This document shows, one piece after another, positions 1 through 12,639 of a stretch of 64,000 nucleotides of DNA. The notes beneath the pieces were generated by a model. That model did not search any database and was not told the DNA's origin. It saw only the letters and a program-made list of their open reading frames with translations. How positions within the stretch are numbered: position 1 is the first letter of the stretch; each line of letters starts with the position of its first letter. Made by a program: the position numbers and the translations under genes. Origin of the DNA: Eledone cirrhosa (taxonomy: Eukaryota); NCBI GenBank assembly GCA_964016885.1, contig OZ024755.1, forward strand, positions 16,182,001-16,246,000. Reading direction: 5' to 3'.

Positions 1-156
1 CCATGCTTTGCAGCATAGAGTTACGGCCCTTTATGTTCAGAGTTCAAATCCCGCCGAGGTTAACTTTGCCTTTCATCCTTACGGGGTCGATATAATAAAG
101 TACGAGTAATACACTGGAGTAATTGCTGGCCTTGTGAAAAAAGTAGAAACAATTAT
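1..156 (+). mobile_element. tRNA-derived SINE with Meta-like central domain, cut by window edge
   Basis: B-box gagttcaaatcc followed by gaggttaactttgcctttcatccttacggggtcgat and 3' end gctggccttgtg...agtagaaacaattatt, shared with many copies in the window. Confidence 0.85.
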
Positions 157-186
157 TAGAATCACGGAACAATAAGGGCAGTAAGC

Positions 187-286
187 TCACCTCGGCGAGA
201 TTTCAACCCATATCGTAAAGGGCCATAACTCTATGCTGCAAAGCATGGCGTCCAACCCTCTACTGACACTGCCAATCCACCGCCCA
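187..286 (-). mobile_element. Same SINE family, 5' part
   Basis: Reverse complement reads gggcggtggattggcagtgtcagtagagggttggacgccatgctttgcagc, the family head with an A-box-like tggcag motif. Confidence 0.8.
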
Positions 287-489
287 ATAGTGAAATAATA
301 ATGAAGTAGTATAGTAATATGATATAGTAATGTAATAGCATTCTTATAATCTACATTCATATAAACAAACCAAAATATTGAGAATTTGGTGAATGAGAAA
401 GTAAAAAAAATGGGTAAATAAATATCATTAGAAAATATAAACAGATAAATACAGGAGAGAGACATTGAAGACGGGGTAAAGAAACGTAC

Positions 490-621
490 TAGAGAGAGAG
501 AGAGAGGGGGGGGGAGAGAGAGGGAGAAAGAGAGAAAAAGAGAGAGAAAAAGAAGAAAAAGAGAGAGAGAAAGAGAGAGAGAGAAAGAGAGAGAGAGAAA
601 GAGAGAGAAAGAGAGAGAAAG

Positions 622-673
<52 letters not shown>

Positions 674-687
674 GGGAGAGAGAGAGA

Positions 688-737
<50 letters not shown>

Positions 738-750
738 CGGAGAAAGAGAA

Positions 751-843
<93 letters not shown>

Positions 844-868
844 GAAAGAGAAAGAGAGAAAGAGAGAG

Positions 869-899
<31 letters not shown>

Positions 900-923
900 G
901 AAAGAGGAGAAAGAGAAAGAGAA

Positions 924-962
<39 letters not shown>

Positions 963-1076
963 AATGGAGAGAGACTGAATGGAGAGAGACTGAATGGAGA
1001 GAGACTGAATGGAGAGAGACTGAATGGAGAGAGACTGAATGGAGAGAGACTGAATGGAGAGAGACTGAATGGAGAA
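490..1076. repeat. (GA)n microsatellite followed by a 20-bp minisatellite (gactgaatggagagagactg-type register of ctgaatggagagaga units)
   Basis: Directly visible tandem repeats; ctgaatggagagaga repeated about 8 times at 958-1076. Confidence 0.9.
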
Positions 1077-1404
1077 AATTGACTGAGGATAATGAGAAAG
1101 ATAAAGAGGAAGTGAGATGAAACGAAACAAAAAAAAAAATGGAGCGTGTATTAAACGTGTTGTTGATCGAATACCATATATGGCAGACTTAAGATTGCTT
1201 TTATTGTTCCAGATAGCATGGTTCGCCCCAGACACGCCTCGCCACATCCCTCTTCTTATCTCTCTCTCTACTCATCTTTCTCTATTTGTCTCTCTTTCAC
1301 TCTCTCATTCACAAAAAAAGGCCTGTAGTCCGCGCGTGCACTTCGTTGTGTACGTGTAATTTAGAGTGAGCGTGTTCTTGTTGCATTCATTATACTCATG
1401 CAGC

Positions 1405-1665
<261 letters not shown>

Positions 1666-1667
1666 AT

Positions 1668-1856
1668 GTCGTCACATGGTACCATGGGCCCAGCACTATG
1701 TGTCAATAATTGTCACAAGTGTAGTGTTTGTACAAGAGTTTTCAAGTCGCTGGCTGGACTAAAAAGTCACACTCGTTCAGCGCATCGGTAGGGGTTCTCC
1801 TACATGGATATAAAGTAGTGGCCGTACTCGAAACGATGTTGGCAGCCACCATGTAT
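1668..1856 (+). mobile_element. RTE-type LINE 3' end, 5'-truncated copy of the element at 38277-38785
   Basis: Encodes CHKCSVCTRVFKSLAGLKSHTRSAHR*, a C2H2 finger like RTE/BovB ORF2 C-termini; nearly identical to 38600-38785; ends in an (atgt)n tail. Confidence 0.75.
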
Positions 1857-2339
1857 GTATGCATGTATGCATAGACACACGCAACTATGTATGTTTGTAT
1901 GTCTTTACGTACGTATGTATGTATATTTGCATGTATGTTATTTGCATGTATGTATGTATGTTTGTCATCTATGTATGCATGCATGTGTGTATGCATGCAT
2001 GTGTGTATGCATGCATGTGTGTATGCATGTGTGTGTGTATGCATGTGTGTATGCATGCATGTGTGTATACATGCATGTGTGTATACATGCATGTGTGTAT
2101 GCATGTATGTGTGAATGCATGTATGTGTGTATGCATGTAAGTGTGTATGTATGTATGTAAGTGTGTATGTATGTTTGCGTGTATGTAAATATGTATGTGT
2201 GCATGTTTGTATGTATTATTTATTTATGTATGTATACATGCACTTTTTGATGCATGTGTGCGATATATGAATGGATCAGCTATGCATGTTTGTATGTACG
2301 CAGTTTCATATATATATATATATATATATATACGATATT

Positions 2340-2439
2340 AAACGATATTAAACGTATATCTACTCCAAAACTTGTTGAGTGCTTTATATCAGTTATAAAA
2401 TATTTACTCGTAACCCAACAATTTAAATAAAACTTTTGC

Positions 2440-2442
<3 letters not shown>
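2340..2442 (+). mobile_element. Tail fragment of HHR family B element between (TA)n tracts
   Basis: tactcca...gttgagtgctttatatcagttataa matches 10007-10045 and the reverse complement of 12135-12172. Confidence 0.65.
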
Positions 2443-2472
<30 letters not shown>

Positions 2473-2702
2473 ACACACATGCGTGCGTAGTGTTCTGTAT
2501 GTGCGTGTGTGCGTGCGTGCGTGCATACTTGTGTATGTGTGTGCGCGCGTATGCTTTGTGTGAGTGTGCTTGTGTTTGTGTATATGTGTCTGCTGTGTAA
2601 GTGTATGTATGAATGAATGATCAAGTAGGTGCATGCATGGTTGTTTGTGTGCATGATGTACGGAATGTGATATGCTGTGAGGTAGATACGCGCACACATA
2701 TG

Positions 2703-2758
<56 letters not shown>

Positions 2759-2904
2759 GTTTGGACGCTTGCGAGTGTATGCATGAATTGGTTTGTGTAT
2801 ATAATTATGTATGTTTACGTTGTGTATGTATGATGTAAATTATTACTTTCTTGAATCCAGTGCAAAATAATCTATATACATGCACGTATGTGCGTATAGT
2901 ATCT

Positions 2905-2943
<39 letters not shown>

Positions 2944-3420
2944 CATACATACACATATATATATATACATACATATATACATACATACACATATATACAT
3001 ACATACACACATATATATATACATACACATATATACATACATACATACACATATATACATACATACATACACATATATACATACATACACATACATACAT
3101 ACATACGCATATATATACATACGCACATATATACACACATATATACATACACATATATATACATACACACACACATATATATATATACATACACACACAC
3201 ATATATATATATACATACATACACACATATATACATACATACACACACACATATATATATACATACACACACACATATATATATACATACACACACACAC
3301 ATATATATACATACATACATGTGTGTGTGTGTGTGCGTGTGTGTGTATTGTATGTGATTCAGTGACTTACTGGTGGTTGTACCAATATATGCACTTGATG
3401 CACAGGCAATGTGCATATAT

Positions 3421-3608
3421 TAGGGAAAACGATGAAGTTTAGTTTACATGCAGTTAGTTTTTTTGTTGAATCCCCAATCTGATCGTCCATAATTTCTAAG
3501 CTCTACCTTGAACCAATCGTCTGCGAAACGCGCGTAATATGTCAGTACTCAATAAAAAAAAACTACATGTAAATAAAACTACATGTAAATGAAACTTCAT
3601 TGTTTTCC

Positions 3609-3612
<4 letters not shown>
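3421..3612 (+). mobile_element. Fold-back element with imperfect terminal inverted repeats and a hammerhead-like 3' half
   Basis: ggaaaacgatgaagtttagtttacatgcagtt pairs with aactacatgtaaatgaaacttcattgttttcc; internal GAAA-cgcgcg-TA; abuts (TA)n. Confidence 0.55.
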
Positions 3613-3651
<39 letters not shown>

Positions 3652-4041
3652 TTATTGTGTGGTTTACCAATGGGTAGATCTGGTCCTCCCGGTTGGCAAA
3701 TCATGATGTAATAAGTTAAAACATTCGACGTCATGCAAATCATCCATCGTAGATGTGGCATCCCCTGGCTGGTACAGGAACGGAGTTAAATATTTATATA
3801 AAACAACAGAAGGCCGGACTCAAAACATATCTCGTAGCCCCATCTTCGGTCACTAATGACTATGGTCTTGTACCTAGAAAGTTGCTCTTCTGGGCACAAG
3901 CCTGGTCAAGGTTGTTTATAGAAGACCAGCTGTCCGGCATACATACCCCTTCTCCACGCCACTGATGTTATCGAAGGGAAAGGTAATGGTAGACACAGCT
4001 TGGCAACTGATTTCTATATATATATATATATATATATACAA

Positions 4042-4207
4042 GAAAAGAGTCAGGACCCCGACGGCTGAGCTCCGGCCGTTTCGACAGCTAGAAACGGCCG
4101 GAGCTCAGCCGTCGGGGTCCTGACTCTTTTCCTATTGCCCACTCTACTACCCTAAGTATCGAGTACTCTGGTGTGTTATAGTCCACCTGGTTCCTTACCA
4201 CACTTTG
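4042..4207 (+). mobile_element. Family F fold-back element (half-hammerhead hairpin plus unique tail) in (TA)n
   Basis: 41-bp perfect arms 4042-4082 and 4091-4131, then a tail shared with copies at 41.9, 54.0 and 59.5 kb. Confidence 0.85.
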
Positions 4208-4692
4208 TATATATATATATATATATATATAGTGGTAAGAACCTCTCAGGAGAGCTGGACAACAGAGGGTCTTCGGGGAAGAAACCCACCACCACCACCA
4301 AGCAAGTGTTTCGGCCCTTAATATTATCCATATATAATTTTGGATAATATCTCAAAAGCATTTGTTCAGCAAGATTCTTCTCTTTTTTCATTGGTCAAGA
4401 ACACTCGTTGGAAAGCTGACCTCTACAACGGTTGATGAATGAATTTTATTTTCATCTCAAACAACTGCAAACATTTCTTTTTTTCTTTTTACTGCTTCAC
4501 CAATATCCCTTGTGTTACAACATGTGAGTGTCGAGTGTACACAATACCAGAAATATTCTTTTTCTGTTTATCCCGAAGGCAGTCCAGCCTACGAATGACA
4601 TTGAATATGTTTTAACAGAGACGTCATTCCACATAAGAAGCTATGGTATTCGTAGTTCTTAACAACATATTTGCCAGCTGTTTAACACTTGT

Positions 4693-5082
4693 TTAATTGT
4701 TTCTACTTTTGGCACAAGGACAGCAAGTATCCCAGTGTATAACTGGTACGTTATTTTATCGATCCCGTAAGGATGAAAGGCAAAGTTAACCTCGGCGGGC
4801 TTTGAACTCAAATCATAAAGGGCCGTAACTCTATATGCTGCGAAGCATGGCGTCCGACCTTCTACCGCCCTGCCAATCCACCGCCCACACATGTTTAATT
4901 AATTGTGTCTACTTTTTGGCACAAGACCAGCAATTACACCAATGCGTGACTGGTACTTTATTTTATCGACCCCGTAAGGATGAAAGGCAAAGTTAACCTC
5001 GGCGGGATTTTAACTCGGATCATAAAGGGCCGTAACTATGCTACAAAGCATGGCGTCCGACCTTCTACCGATACTGCCAATT
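4693..5082 (-). mobile_element. Two tandem Meta-like SINE copies
   Basis: Reverse-complement matches to the family (ttttatcgaccccgtaaggatgaaaggcaaagttaacctcggcggg) occur twice. Confidence 0.85.
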
Positions 5083-5279
5083 CTGGTGACCTCAGCCTCT
5101 GAAAAATTAGTCATCGCTCCCTGATGCACCTCATTTACATCAGAAGATACTGTTGTGATTGGGTTTAAGAGATCAGCAAAGTATTCTCTCCACCTCACAA
5201 GGTTGCCCCTCTCTGAAGAAAGAATTCCAGACACATTCCCGATAGCAGACATGGAATGTCTTCCATTAATATCTGACAC
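5083..5279 (-). pseudogene. RTE LINE ORF2 fragment (endonuclease-RT linker)
   Basis: Translation contains RWREYFADLLNP...FSEAEVTR, typical of RTE-clade ORF2 linkers. Confidence 0.7.
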
Positions 5280-5289
5280 AAAGGCGGTA

Positions 5290-5815
5290 GACTACCAGAA
5301 TCGGTAAAGCGTTCCTTATGGGGTGATAAAATATAGTAGCAGTAATGTACTGAGAGACGATTTAATCGAATTTCCCCTCCCCCAAAATTGTTGGTCTTGT
5401 GCCTAAATTAAGAAAATCATTATTAGATATAATTTAAAGGGATGGTAGAAATGTCAGTAATCGCTAGAGCGCCGAACAACATGCTTTGTGACATAAAGTT
5501 CCGTCCCTTTACGTTCTGAGTTCCAATCCTGCTGATGAAAGTATTTCCTTTATCCCTACAGGTTCGATAAAATAAAGTACCAGTAACGCACTGGGGTCGA
5601 TTTAATCGATTTTCCCCTGCCCCCAAAAATTGTTGGCCTTGTCTCTAAATCAGAACCCAAAGGGACAGTCAGTTGGCAGTATCGGCAGAGCGTCGGACAA
5701 TATTCTTTGCAGCTTATAGTTACCGCCCATTACATTCTGAGTTCAAATCCCGCCATGGGCAACTTTGCCTCACATCCTTTCGTGGGGGATAAAATAAAGT
5801 ACCAGGAATTACTAG
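5290..5815 (+). mobile_element. Three tandem, diverged Meta-like SINE copies
   Basis: Repeated A-box/B-box heads and gataaaataaagtaccag cores. Confidence 0.75.
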
Positions 5816-5996
5816 ACTAAGAAGAAGTTGTTAATGATGGTTTGTTGTTATATTTTTTAGTTATAACGTTTCTTCATTAGCGTTCTGAGTTCGTATTTTA
5901 AGCAATTAAGTTATAAATTAATTTTAAAATTAATTAATTCTTCCTAAGACTTTGGATAGTAAAATGTCCATATATAAAGTCATACTTTTCATAAGA

Positions 5997-6830
5997 CTTT
6001 TTTTTTTAAATATTTTTTTATATATTAAATAGGTTTATTTACAATAGTTTATAACTATTAAACAATATGGTGAGCAAATGGGGTCCGACGTGCTGGCCTC
6101 CCCACAGCCCCGGCAGACAGGATGGAGAAGGCGTTTCCCAGGAGGTTGGTAAGAGAGATGCGCTGGAACAGCCATTCCAACTCGCGAGGCTCACACCTGC
6201 GCCTGGCCAGCTCAGCGCCTATGGTGGTGAATAGGGAGGTAGCCCTAGGGTCAAGGACACTAGAAGTCTCCACTGCGAAGGGCACGACCGCGAACCTGTC
6301 GGAGAGCGACTGGTACTTGGAGAGTTTGGCCTCCTCAGCCCGACGGGCAGCACTACCCGGGTTTGTCGCAGACTGTACCAGGTTGCGGCTGGAGAAACTG
6401 TCGCTGCAAGTGGCATCCCAGACGAGGGGTTTGCCACCGTGGGATGGGAAGATGGTCATACCGTCTGGCCTTTTGCCATCCCCTCGGTCCAGCCCCACCA
6501 GCTCGAGCTGGGAGGGCAAGCCTGCAGCGTCCAAGCTATGCTTAATGACCTCGTTGAGAGCATCATGGCTTGGAAGGCGGCCGCCATATCTGACAGGTAA
6601 AGTGGCCTGTTGCCATCCAATGTCGTCAAACCTGACGTTGCATATCTCCTCAGCTGCCGCTCGGATACTAGTATCGAGGTTAGCGAGGAGAGATGCGTGG
6701 CTGTAGCACGGAGGGCTGCGAAGGGTGTAAGGAGCTTCGGCATGGCGAAGCTGTTCCTCAATAAGAAGAGAGCTGGGTGACCGTCGATCAAGCCCAGTCG
6801 GCTCGTGAGGGTCTGGAGTTGTTGGAGCCT
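5997..6830 (-). mobile_element. 5'-truncated CRE-like non-LTR retrotransposon (post-RT region plus restriction-like endonuclease), decayed
   Basis: HPALFLLRNSFAMPKLL/YTLRS, WQQATLPVRYGG, HDALNEVIK, GKRPDG...KPLVWDATC...K..KY...FAVETS...WLFQRISL...GNA. One frameshift near 6730. AATAAA and an A-rich tail follow the stop. GC-rich relative to flanks. Confidence 0.85.
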
Positions 6831-7507
6831 AGACCTTTTGTGTTAGGTGACGTTATTGTTTATGTTACACCTAATGATTGAATGAACTGATGATGGAATT
6901 TAAAGCTCACACCTACATAGATTTAACTGGCCTTTTGGGTGGTAGCATTTCATAGGAGACTTTCTCTGGTGTTTTAATAAAAAGGGCACCTATCTTATCA
7001 TAATCCCCCCCCCCCCCCCCCAAAAAAAATAATGTGAACTGGAGCGTTTTAACGAAAAAAAATTGCGTCATACGGTCCAAGAATCAAACCCACAACCTTA
7101 TGCTCGTAAGATCAATAACCTAACCACTAGACTATGTGCTTATTGTATCTCAATAATCAATGGTGCAGCACGGGCTATTGATATTTTCCTCTTCACCTGT
7201 TTTTTTTTTTTTTGCTTACGTTGTGTATTTCATTACCACGTGCACAGCAGATATCAACTAGCTTTCATTTTCGACTGATAGCATCTGTATACAGATAGAC
7301 ATTGATTATCATAATAGCACATGTTTTCACATTGTCTCTAACGTAATTTTAACATGACAATAGCTGTTTTCTTCACTCTCAAAGAAAAGTGTAGAAAAGT
7401 ATTTTATCTTATCTAATAATTATTTAGAGAATTCGATTAAATTTTTCTCCAACAGCGATTTGAAATTATTTTATAGTCATGATTTGTTCATGGAATCTCT
7501 CTTTCTC

Positions 7508-7559
<52 letters not shown>

Positions 7560-8219
7560 AGAGAGAGGGGGGGGGTTAAAAAGGGAGAGATACAAACGAA
7601 TGAGCAGACCACCCAATGCGATTTTCAGACGTTACATTTGTTTGTTTGTATATGCAGTTTGGCTTAGAATCTTATTACTTAAAGTTTCACAGGTGTATGG
7701 AAATACATACATGACCGTTCAGATGCCAGGTTCTGAGGAGAAAGGTTTTGACAGTTTTAAAAAGCTGGTGGCATCCGTAGCTGATGGCAGTTATTAACTG
7801 CTGCTAGATAGGATAATATCGGTGATTAATGGGTAAATTAGCGGTTACTGATTGCTACTAAGTAGGAGCTTCAACACGAAAATAGAAGTAAACTCCCTAG
7901 CAGCATTTAGGAATTATAGATATTAAGAATTTTGAGAAAAATATAATAAAGTAAAGTAAATGGCAAAGGTAAACTTTTATAGGTTAGTATTATAGCTATT
8001 TTATAGGTTAGTATTATAGCTTACGATTTATCCAAGTAAAGTGGAATAATTTAAGAGTGTACTTGCTTTTACAGGAATATAGGACAACAGTATGATCAGG
8101 GCACACTTTCTGGATACTTGGTCAAAAAGAATAAATATGGAGAACATGTGTGTGTGAAAGAGAGCCAAAACATTTAGGTAGATAGATAGACAGACACACA
8201 TATATATATATATATATAC

Positions 8220-8307
8220 AGGAAAAAGTATGACCCCGACGGCAGAGCTCAAGCCGTTTCGACGGCTATTTCTGGACTGTCCAGAAATAGCCGTCGAAGT
8301 CATACTT

Positions 8308-8310
<3 letters not shown>
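8220..8310 (-). mobile_element. Family F half-hammerhead hairpin, tail-less copy in (TA)n
   Basis: Minus strand reads gacggctatttctggacagtccagaaatagccgtc-GAAA-cggcttgagctctgccg-TC-ggggtc. Confidence 0.75.
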
Positions 8311-8364
<54 letters not shown>

Positions 8365-8546
8365 GGGAGGTCATATTGTTGTAATAATATTGCCAGAAAT
8401 AATAACAGAACACACTCACTGTTTGGTTGGTTTTCGCTTCTGTATCTTTTATATCTCTACAATTAATTTATTTGGTCCTCAATATTTATCATTGATTGAC
8501 CAACGGTCAAAAATATAGATATAATATAGATATAAACACATATATA

Positions 8547-8598
8547 TAGTCTAACAAAGTTCTTTCGCTGCATATCTGCAACATCATCAGTGGTACTA
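8547..8598 (-). ncRNA. Type I hammerhead ribozyme motif, family A
   Basis: tagtacca-CTGATGA-t-gttgca-gata-tgcagc-GAAA-gaacTT-tgttagacta. Confidence 0.75.
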
Positions 8599-9034
8599 TT
8601 ATGTTCCTCCTGTTGTATTGTATCTACGCCATTTTTATTTTATCTGTTTATAAATAAATAAATAAATATATACACACGCACAATAACAACAAGCACATAT
8701 AAACACACACTAGTAAACTAAGATAGAATACAATAATCAAAACACAGTCACCCAAACATTTTTATACTTGGGGAGGGTCATATTGTTGTAATAATATTGC
8801 CAGAAATAATAACAGAACACACTCACTGTTTGGTTGGTTTTCGCTTCTGTATCTTTTATATCTCTACAATTAATTTATTTGGTCCTCAATGTTTATCATT
8901 GATTGACCAACGGTCAAAAATATAGATATAATATAGATATAAACACATATATATAGTCAGAGAAGAAGACATAAATAAATAAATAGATAAAATAAAAATG
9001 GCGTAGACATACAATACAACAGGAGGAAACATAA

Positions 9035-9085
9035 TAGTACCACTGATGATGTTGCAGATGTGCAACGAAGAACTTTGTTAGACTA
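9035..9085 (+). ncRNA. Hammerhead motif, family A, with one A deleted from GAAA
   Basis: CTGATGA-t-gttgca-gatg-tgcaac-GAA-gaacttt. Confidence 0.6.
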
Positions 9086-9491
9086 TATATATGTATTTAT
9101 ATCTGTATTTTTGACCGTTGGTCAGTCAATGATAAACATTGAGGACCAAATTAATTAACTGAGGAGATATAAAAGCTACAGAAGCGAAAACCAACCAAAC
9201 AGTGAGTGTGTTCTGTTATTATTTCTGGCAATATTTGTTTCGGCACACGATTTCATATCAAAAACCTCGCAAAACAAATATATATATATATAGATGTAGA
9301 TAAATCTACCAAAAGTTTACGGTAGTGTCCAATCCGTATGAAGAACTCAATGTAATCCGGATATCATGAAAAGAGAAGATGCATTCAAAAACTACTTTCG
9401 GTGAAAAATAAACGGAAAACAGAGTCAAGATAAATTATTAAAAAAATAATGAATAAACAAAGATCTTTGTTTATTCATTATTTTTTTAATA

Positions 9492-9530
<39 letters not shown>

Positions 9531-9537
9531 ATATATT

Positions 9538-9725
9538 AATTGTTTCTACTTTAGGCACAAGGCCAGCAATTACCCAGTGCATTACTGGTACTTTATTTTA
9601 TCGACCCCGTAAGGATGAAAGGCAAAGTCAACCTCGGCGGGATTTGAACTCAGATCGTAAAGGGACGTAACTATGCTGGAAAGCATGGCGTCCGACCCTC
9701 TACCGATACTGCCAATCCACCGCCC
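9538..9725 (-). mobile_element. Full-length Meta-like SINE
   Basis: Complete head-core-tail match to the family on the minus strand. Confidence 0.88.
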
Positions 9726-9728
9726 TTA

Positions 9729-10097
9729 TATACAATATATTAATAAATGGAACTATATTTATAAAACCATATTTATTTATTTTATTATACATATTTCAAG
9801 GTAAATTATGGTGCGCTTTCATCAGATAAAATACAGATTTGTTTTATAAATAAATATTGACATACTCGGAAAAAAAGACAACCTTAACGGTTGGAGCTTC
9901 CTGATGAAAGCGCACCATAATTTGCCTTGGTGGCCCTTGAAATATGTATAATAAAATAAATATGGTTTTATAAATATAGTTTCCATTTGTTAATATATTG
10001 TGTATTTACTCCACTACTCTGTTGAGTGCTTTATATCAGTTATAACATTTTTTAAGCTTGTTGAATCCCAAGAAATTAAATATAACCTCTGCATATA
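9729..10097. mobile_element. Family B fold-back element with two inverted hammerhead motifs
   Basis: 9729-9825 is an inverted copy of 9901-10005. Plus strand has CTGATGA at 9901 ... GAAA-tatgta-TA-ataaaata. Minus copy has tattttat-CTGATGA with a deletion in stem II. Confidence 0.8.
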
Positions 10098-10252
10098 TAG
10101 TGTGTGAGGGGGTGGGGGCAGAGAGAGAGGGGTCAGAGAGAGAGAGAGGGCAGAGAGAGAGGGGGCAGAGAGAGAGAGAGGGGGGTCAGAGAGAGGGGGA
10201 CGGGGGGGGCAGAGAGAGAGAGATAGAGAAAGAGAGAGAAAGAGTGAGAAAG

Positions 10253-10332
10253 GACTTCTACAAGTCTAGGACTGTTTCATTCGTATGAAATCATCAGGAT
10301 ACGAATGAACTAGTTCCAGTCCTGTAGAAGTC
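10253..10332 (-). ncRNA. Hammerhead motif inside a small inverted repeat (family C)
   Basis: Minus strand of 10266-10300 reads CTGATGA-t-ttc-atac-gaa-t-GAAA-cag-TC; outer arms gacttctaca/tgtagaagtc. Confidence 0.6.
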
Positions 10333-10725
10333 ATATCTATATAATGACCCTGAATGACCTTATGAGAGGCAGGTGAAACTCCAGAGTAACAAGACTCACT
10401 ATTTAGCTCTATGGCACCGCTGTAGTAACTGGCCTTAATTACATGTGTGTGTGTGTGTGTGTGTGCGTGCGTGTGCGTGCGTGCGCGTGTGTGTATTCAT
10501 CATACACATTATATTATATGCATACATACACACAAACCAACAGATATTTCTGTAATCGTTTCTAACCGGGCAAGAAACTTAATTCATCATAAAATATAAG
10601 GGAAATAACTCTTTCACACAATACATTTTTGATGAACTTTTAAGTATTGTAAAATGTTTCTAAAAATATAAATGACATGAAAATTATACCACACACATCT
10701 CTCTCTCTCTCTACCTGTACATAAA

Positions 10726-10925
10726 TACGAGAATAGGCTGAACAGTTCACAAGCTGACTATGAAGGTGTGATGCTAGAGCTGTGAAATCTAGCATGCATT
10801 AATTTCAACTCTTATTAATAACTACATTATTTCGTTCCAGGGACTAGGTTGAAAAATTTAACCTCATTTGGTCATTCCATGAGAGTACCTTGTTCAACCA
10901 ATGAACTTTTAAGAAGACCCTCATA
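10726..10925. mobile_element. Tc1/mariner-type MITE
   Basis: TA-flanked degenerate TIRs tacgagaataggctgaacagttc / gaacttttaagaagaccctcata; interior matches 33438-33639. Confidence 0.7.
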
Positions 10926-11124
10926 CATGTGTGTGTGTGTGTGTGAGTGTGAGTGTGAGTGTGTGTGTGTGTGCGTGTGCGTGTGCGTGTGCGTGACACA
11001 CAGATTCAATGTAGTAAGCAGTAGTAGGATAGAAAAACATACAAGTATTTTACACATATGGCATTGATTAATTTTTGCGATACATGTATCGAGAAAGGAA
11101 TGCACATATAAATTCTTGCGCATG

Positions 11125-11155
<31 letters not shown>

Positions 11156-11346
11156 AAATGATGATGTATATGTGTATATGCATATAGGTATATATTCTTA
11201 TGTATACATGTGTATGTGTTTATATATGTTTATAAGTATATGTATATATTTATATAACTTTATGTATGTATATATATATATATATATATATGCATATTTT
11301 TATATAACTTTATGTATATATATATATACATATATTTATATAACTT

Positions 11347-11381
<35 letters not shown>

Positions 11382-12048
11382 GTTTATATATATATATATA
11401 TGTATATGCATATATTTATATAACTTTATGTATATATATATATAAATGTTTATATATATGTATATGCATATATGTATATATGTTTATGCATGTATGTATA
11501 TATGCTTATATATATATAGGTATATATGCTTATGTATATATATATATATGTTTATATCTATGTATATATCTTTATGTATATATGTGTATGCTTATGTATA
11601 TATGCTTATATATACAGTATATATATATCTTTATGTATATATGTATATATGCTTATGTATATGTTTATGTATACATGCATATATGTTTATTTGTGAGCAT
11701 GCCTGTGTGTGTGTGTGTGTCTTCATGTGTGTGTGTGTTAGTATGTTCAGTTGTCTAAATGCATATGAAATAAACTAGATATATATGTAGGGGGGTGGGG
11801 GTATAGTGTATATATCAGTGCCATTATCATCATCATCATCACCGACAGTGTCATCGACGTTGTCATTTCCATGCAAGTCTATAACTACTACTACTTCAAG
11901 TCATTCATTTAGAATTTATGAGTAATATTTCTCATTCAATATTTTTGTATGCTGGTACATGAATACATATATTTATACACACACACACACGCGCGCGTGC
12001 GCGTGCGTGTAAATAAATATTGATAAATAAATATTGAATAAGAAATAT

Positions 12049-12089
<41 letters not shown>

Positions 12090-12093
<4 letters not shown>

Positions 12094-12360
12094 GTTATAT
12101 TTAATTTGTTGGGATACAACAAACAAAATATTTTTATAACTGATATAAAGCACTCAACAAATTATTGGAGTATACAATGTATTAACAAAAGGAAACTATA
12201 TTTATAAAAGGGTATGTCAATATTTATTTATAAAACTAACCTATATTATATTTTATCTGATGAAAGCGCACCATAGTTTGCCTTGGTGGCCCTTGAAATA
12301 TGTATAATGAAATAAATATGGTTTTATAAATATAGTTTCCATTTGTTAATATATTGTATT
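12090..12360. mobile_element. Family B element (inverted tail plus hammerhead) between (TA)n tracts
   Basis: 12090-12210 is the reverse complement of the family B tail; 12210-12360 is the forward HHR-bearing segment. Confidence 0.8.
12249..12314 (+). ncRNA. Apparently intact type I hammerhead, family B
   Basis: Stem I tattttat/atgaaata; CTGATGA 12257-12263; stem II aagcgcacca...tggtggccctt; GAAA 12295-12298; stem III ata/tat; predicted cleavage after A12306. Confidence 0.75.
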
Positions 12361-12480
12361 GTATATATATATATATATATATATATACATGCACACACTC
12401 ATAAACGGAGTGTGTGAGTGTGTGTGTGTGTCAGGGTGTGTGTGTGCGTGTGTCAGGGTGTGTGTGTGTGCGTGTGTGTC

Positions 12481-12511
<31 letters not shown>

Positions 12512-12607
12512 CAGGGTGTGTGTGTGCGTGTGTCAGGGTGTGTGTGTGCGTGTGTCAGGGTGTGTGTGTATGTGCGTGTGTGAGTATGTGTGTGTGTGAG
12601 TGAGTGT

Positions 12608-12639
<32 letters not shown>

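Larger units (their letters stand above)
8361..9282. mobile_element. Non-autonomous PLE built only from pseudo-LTR/3' UTR pieces in alternating orientation (family A)
   Basis: Segments of about 8361-8650 (-), 8655-8758 (+), 8759-8958 (-) and 8959-9282 (+) all match the PLE 3' region at 22380-22860; flanked by (TA)n. Confidence 0.85.

Noticed and set aside
6122-6706. 194-aa plus-strand ORF
   Set aside because: Antisense shadow of the GC-rich CRE-like coding sequence.
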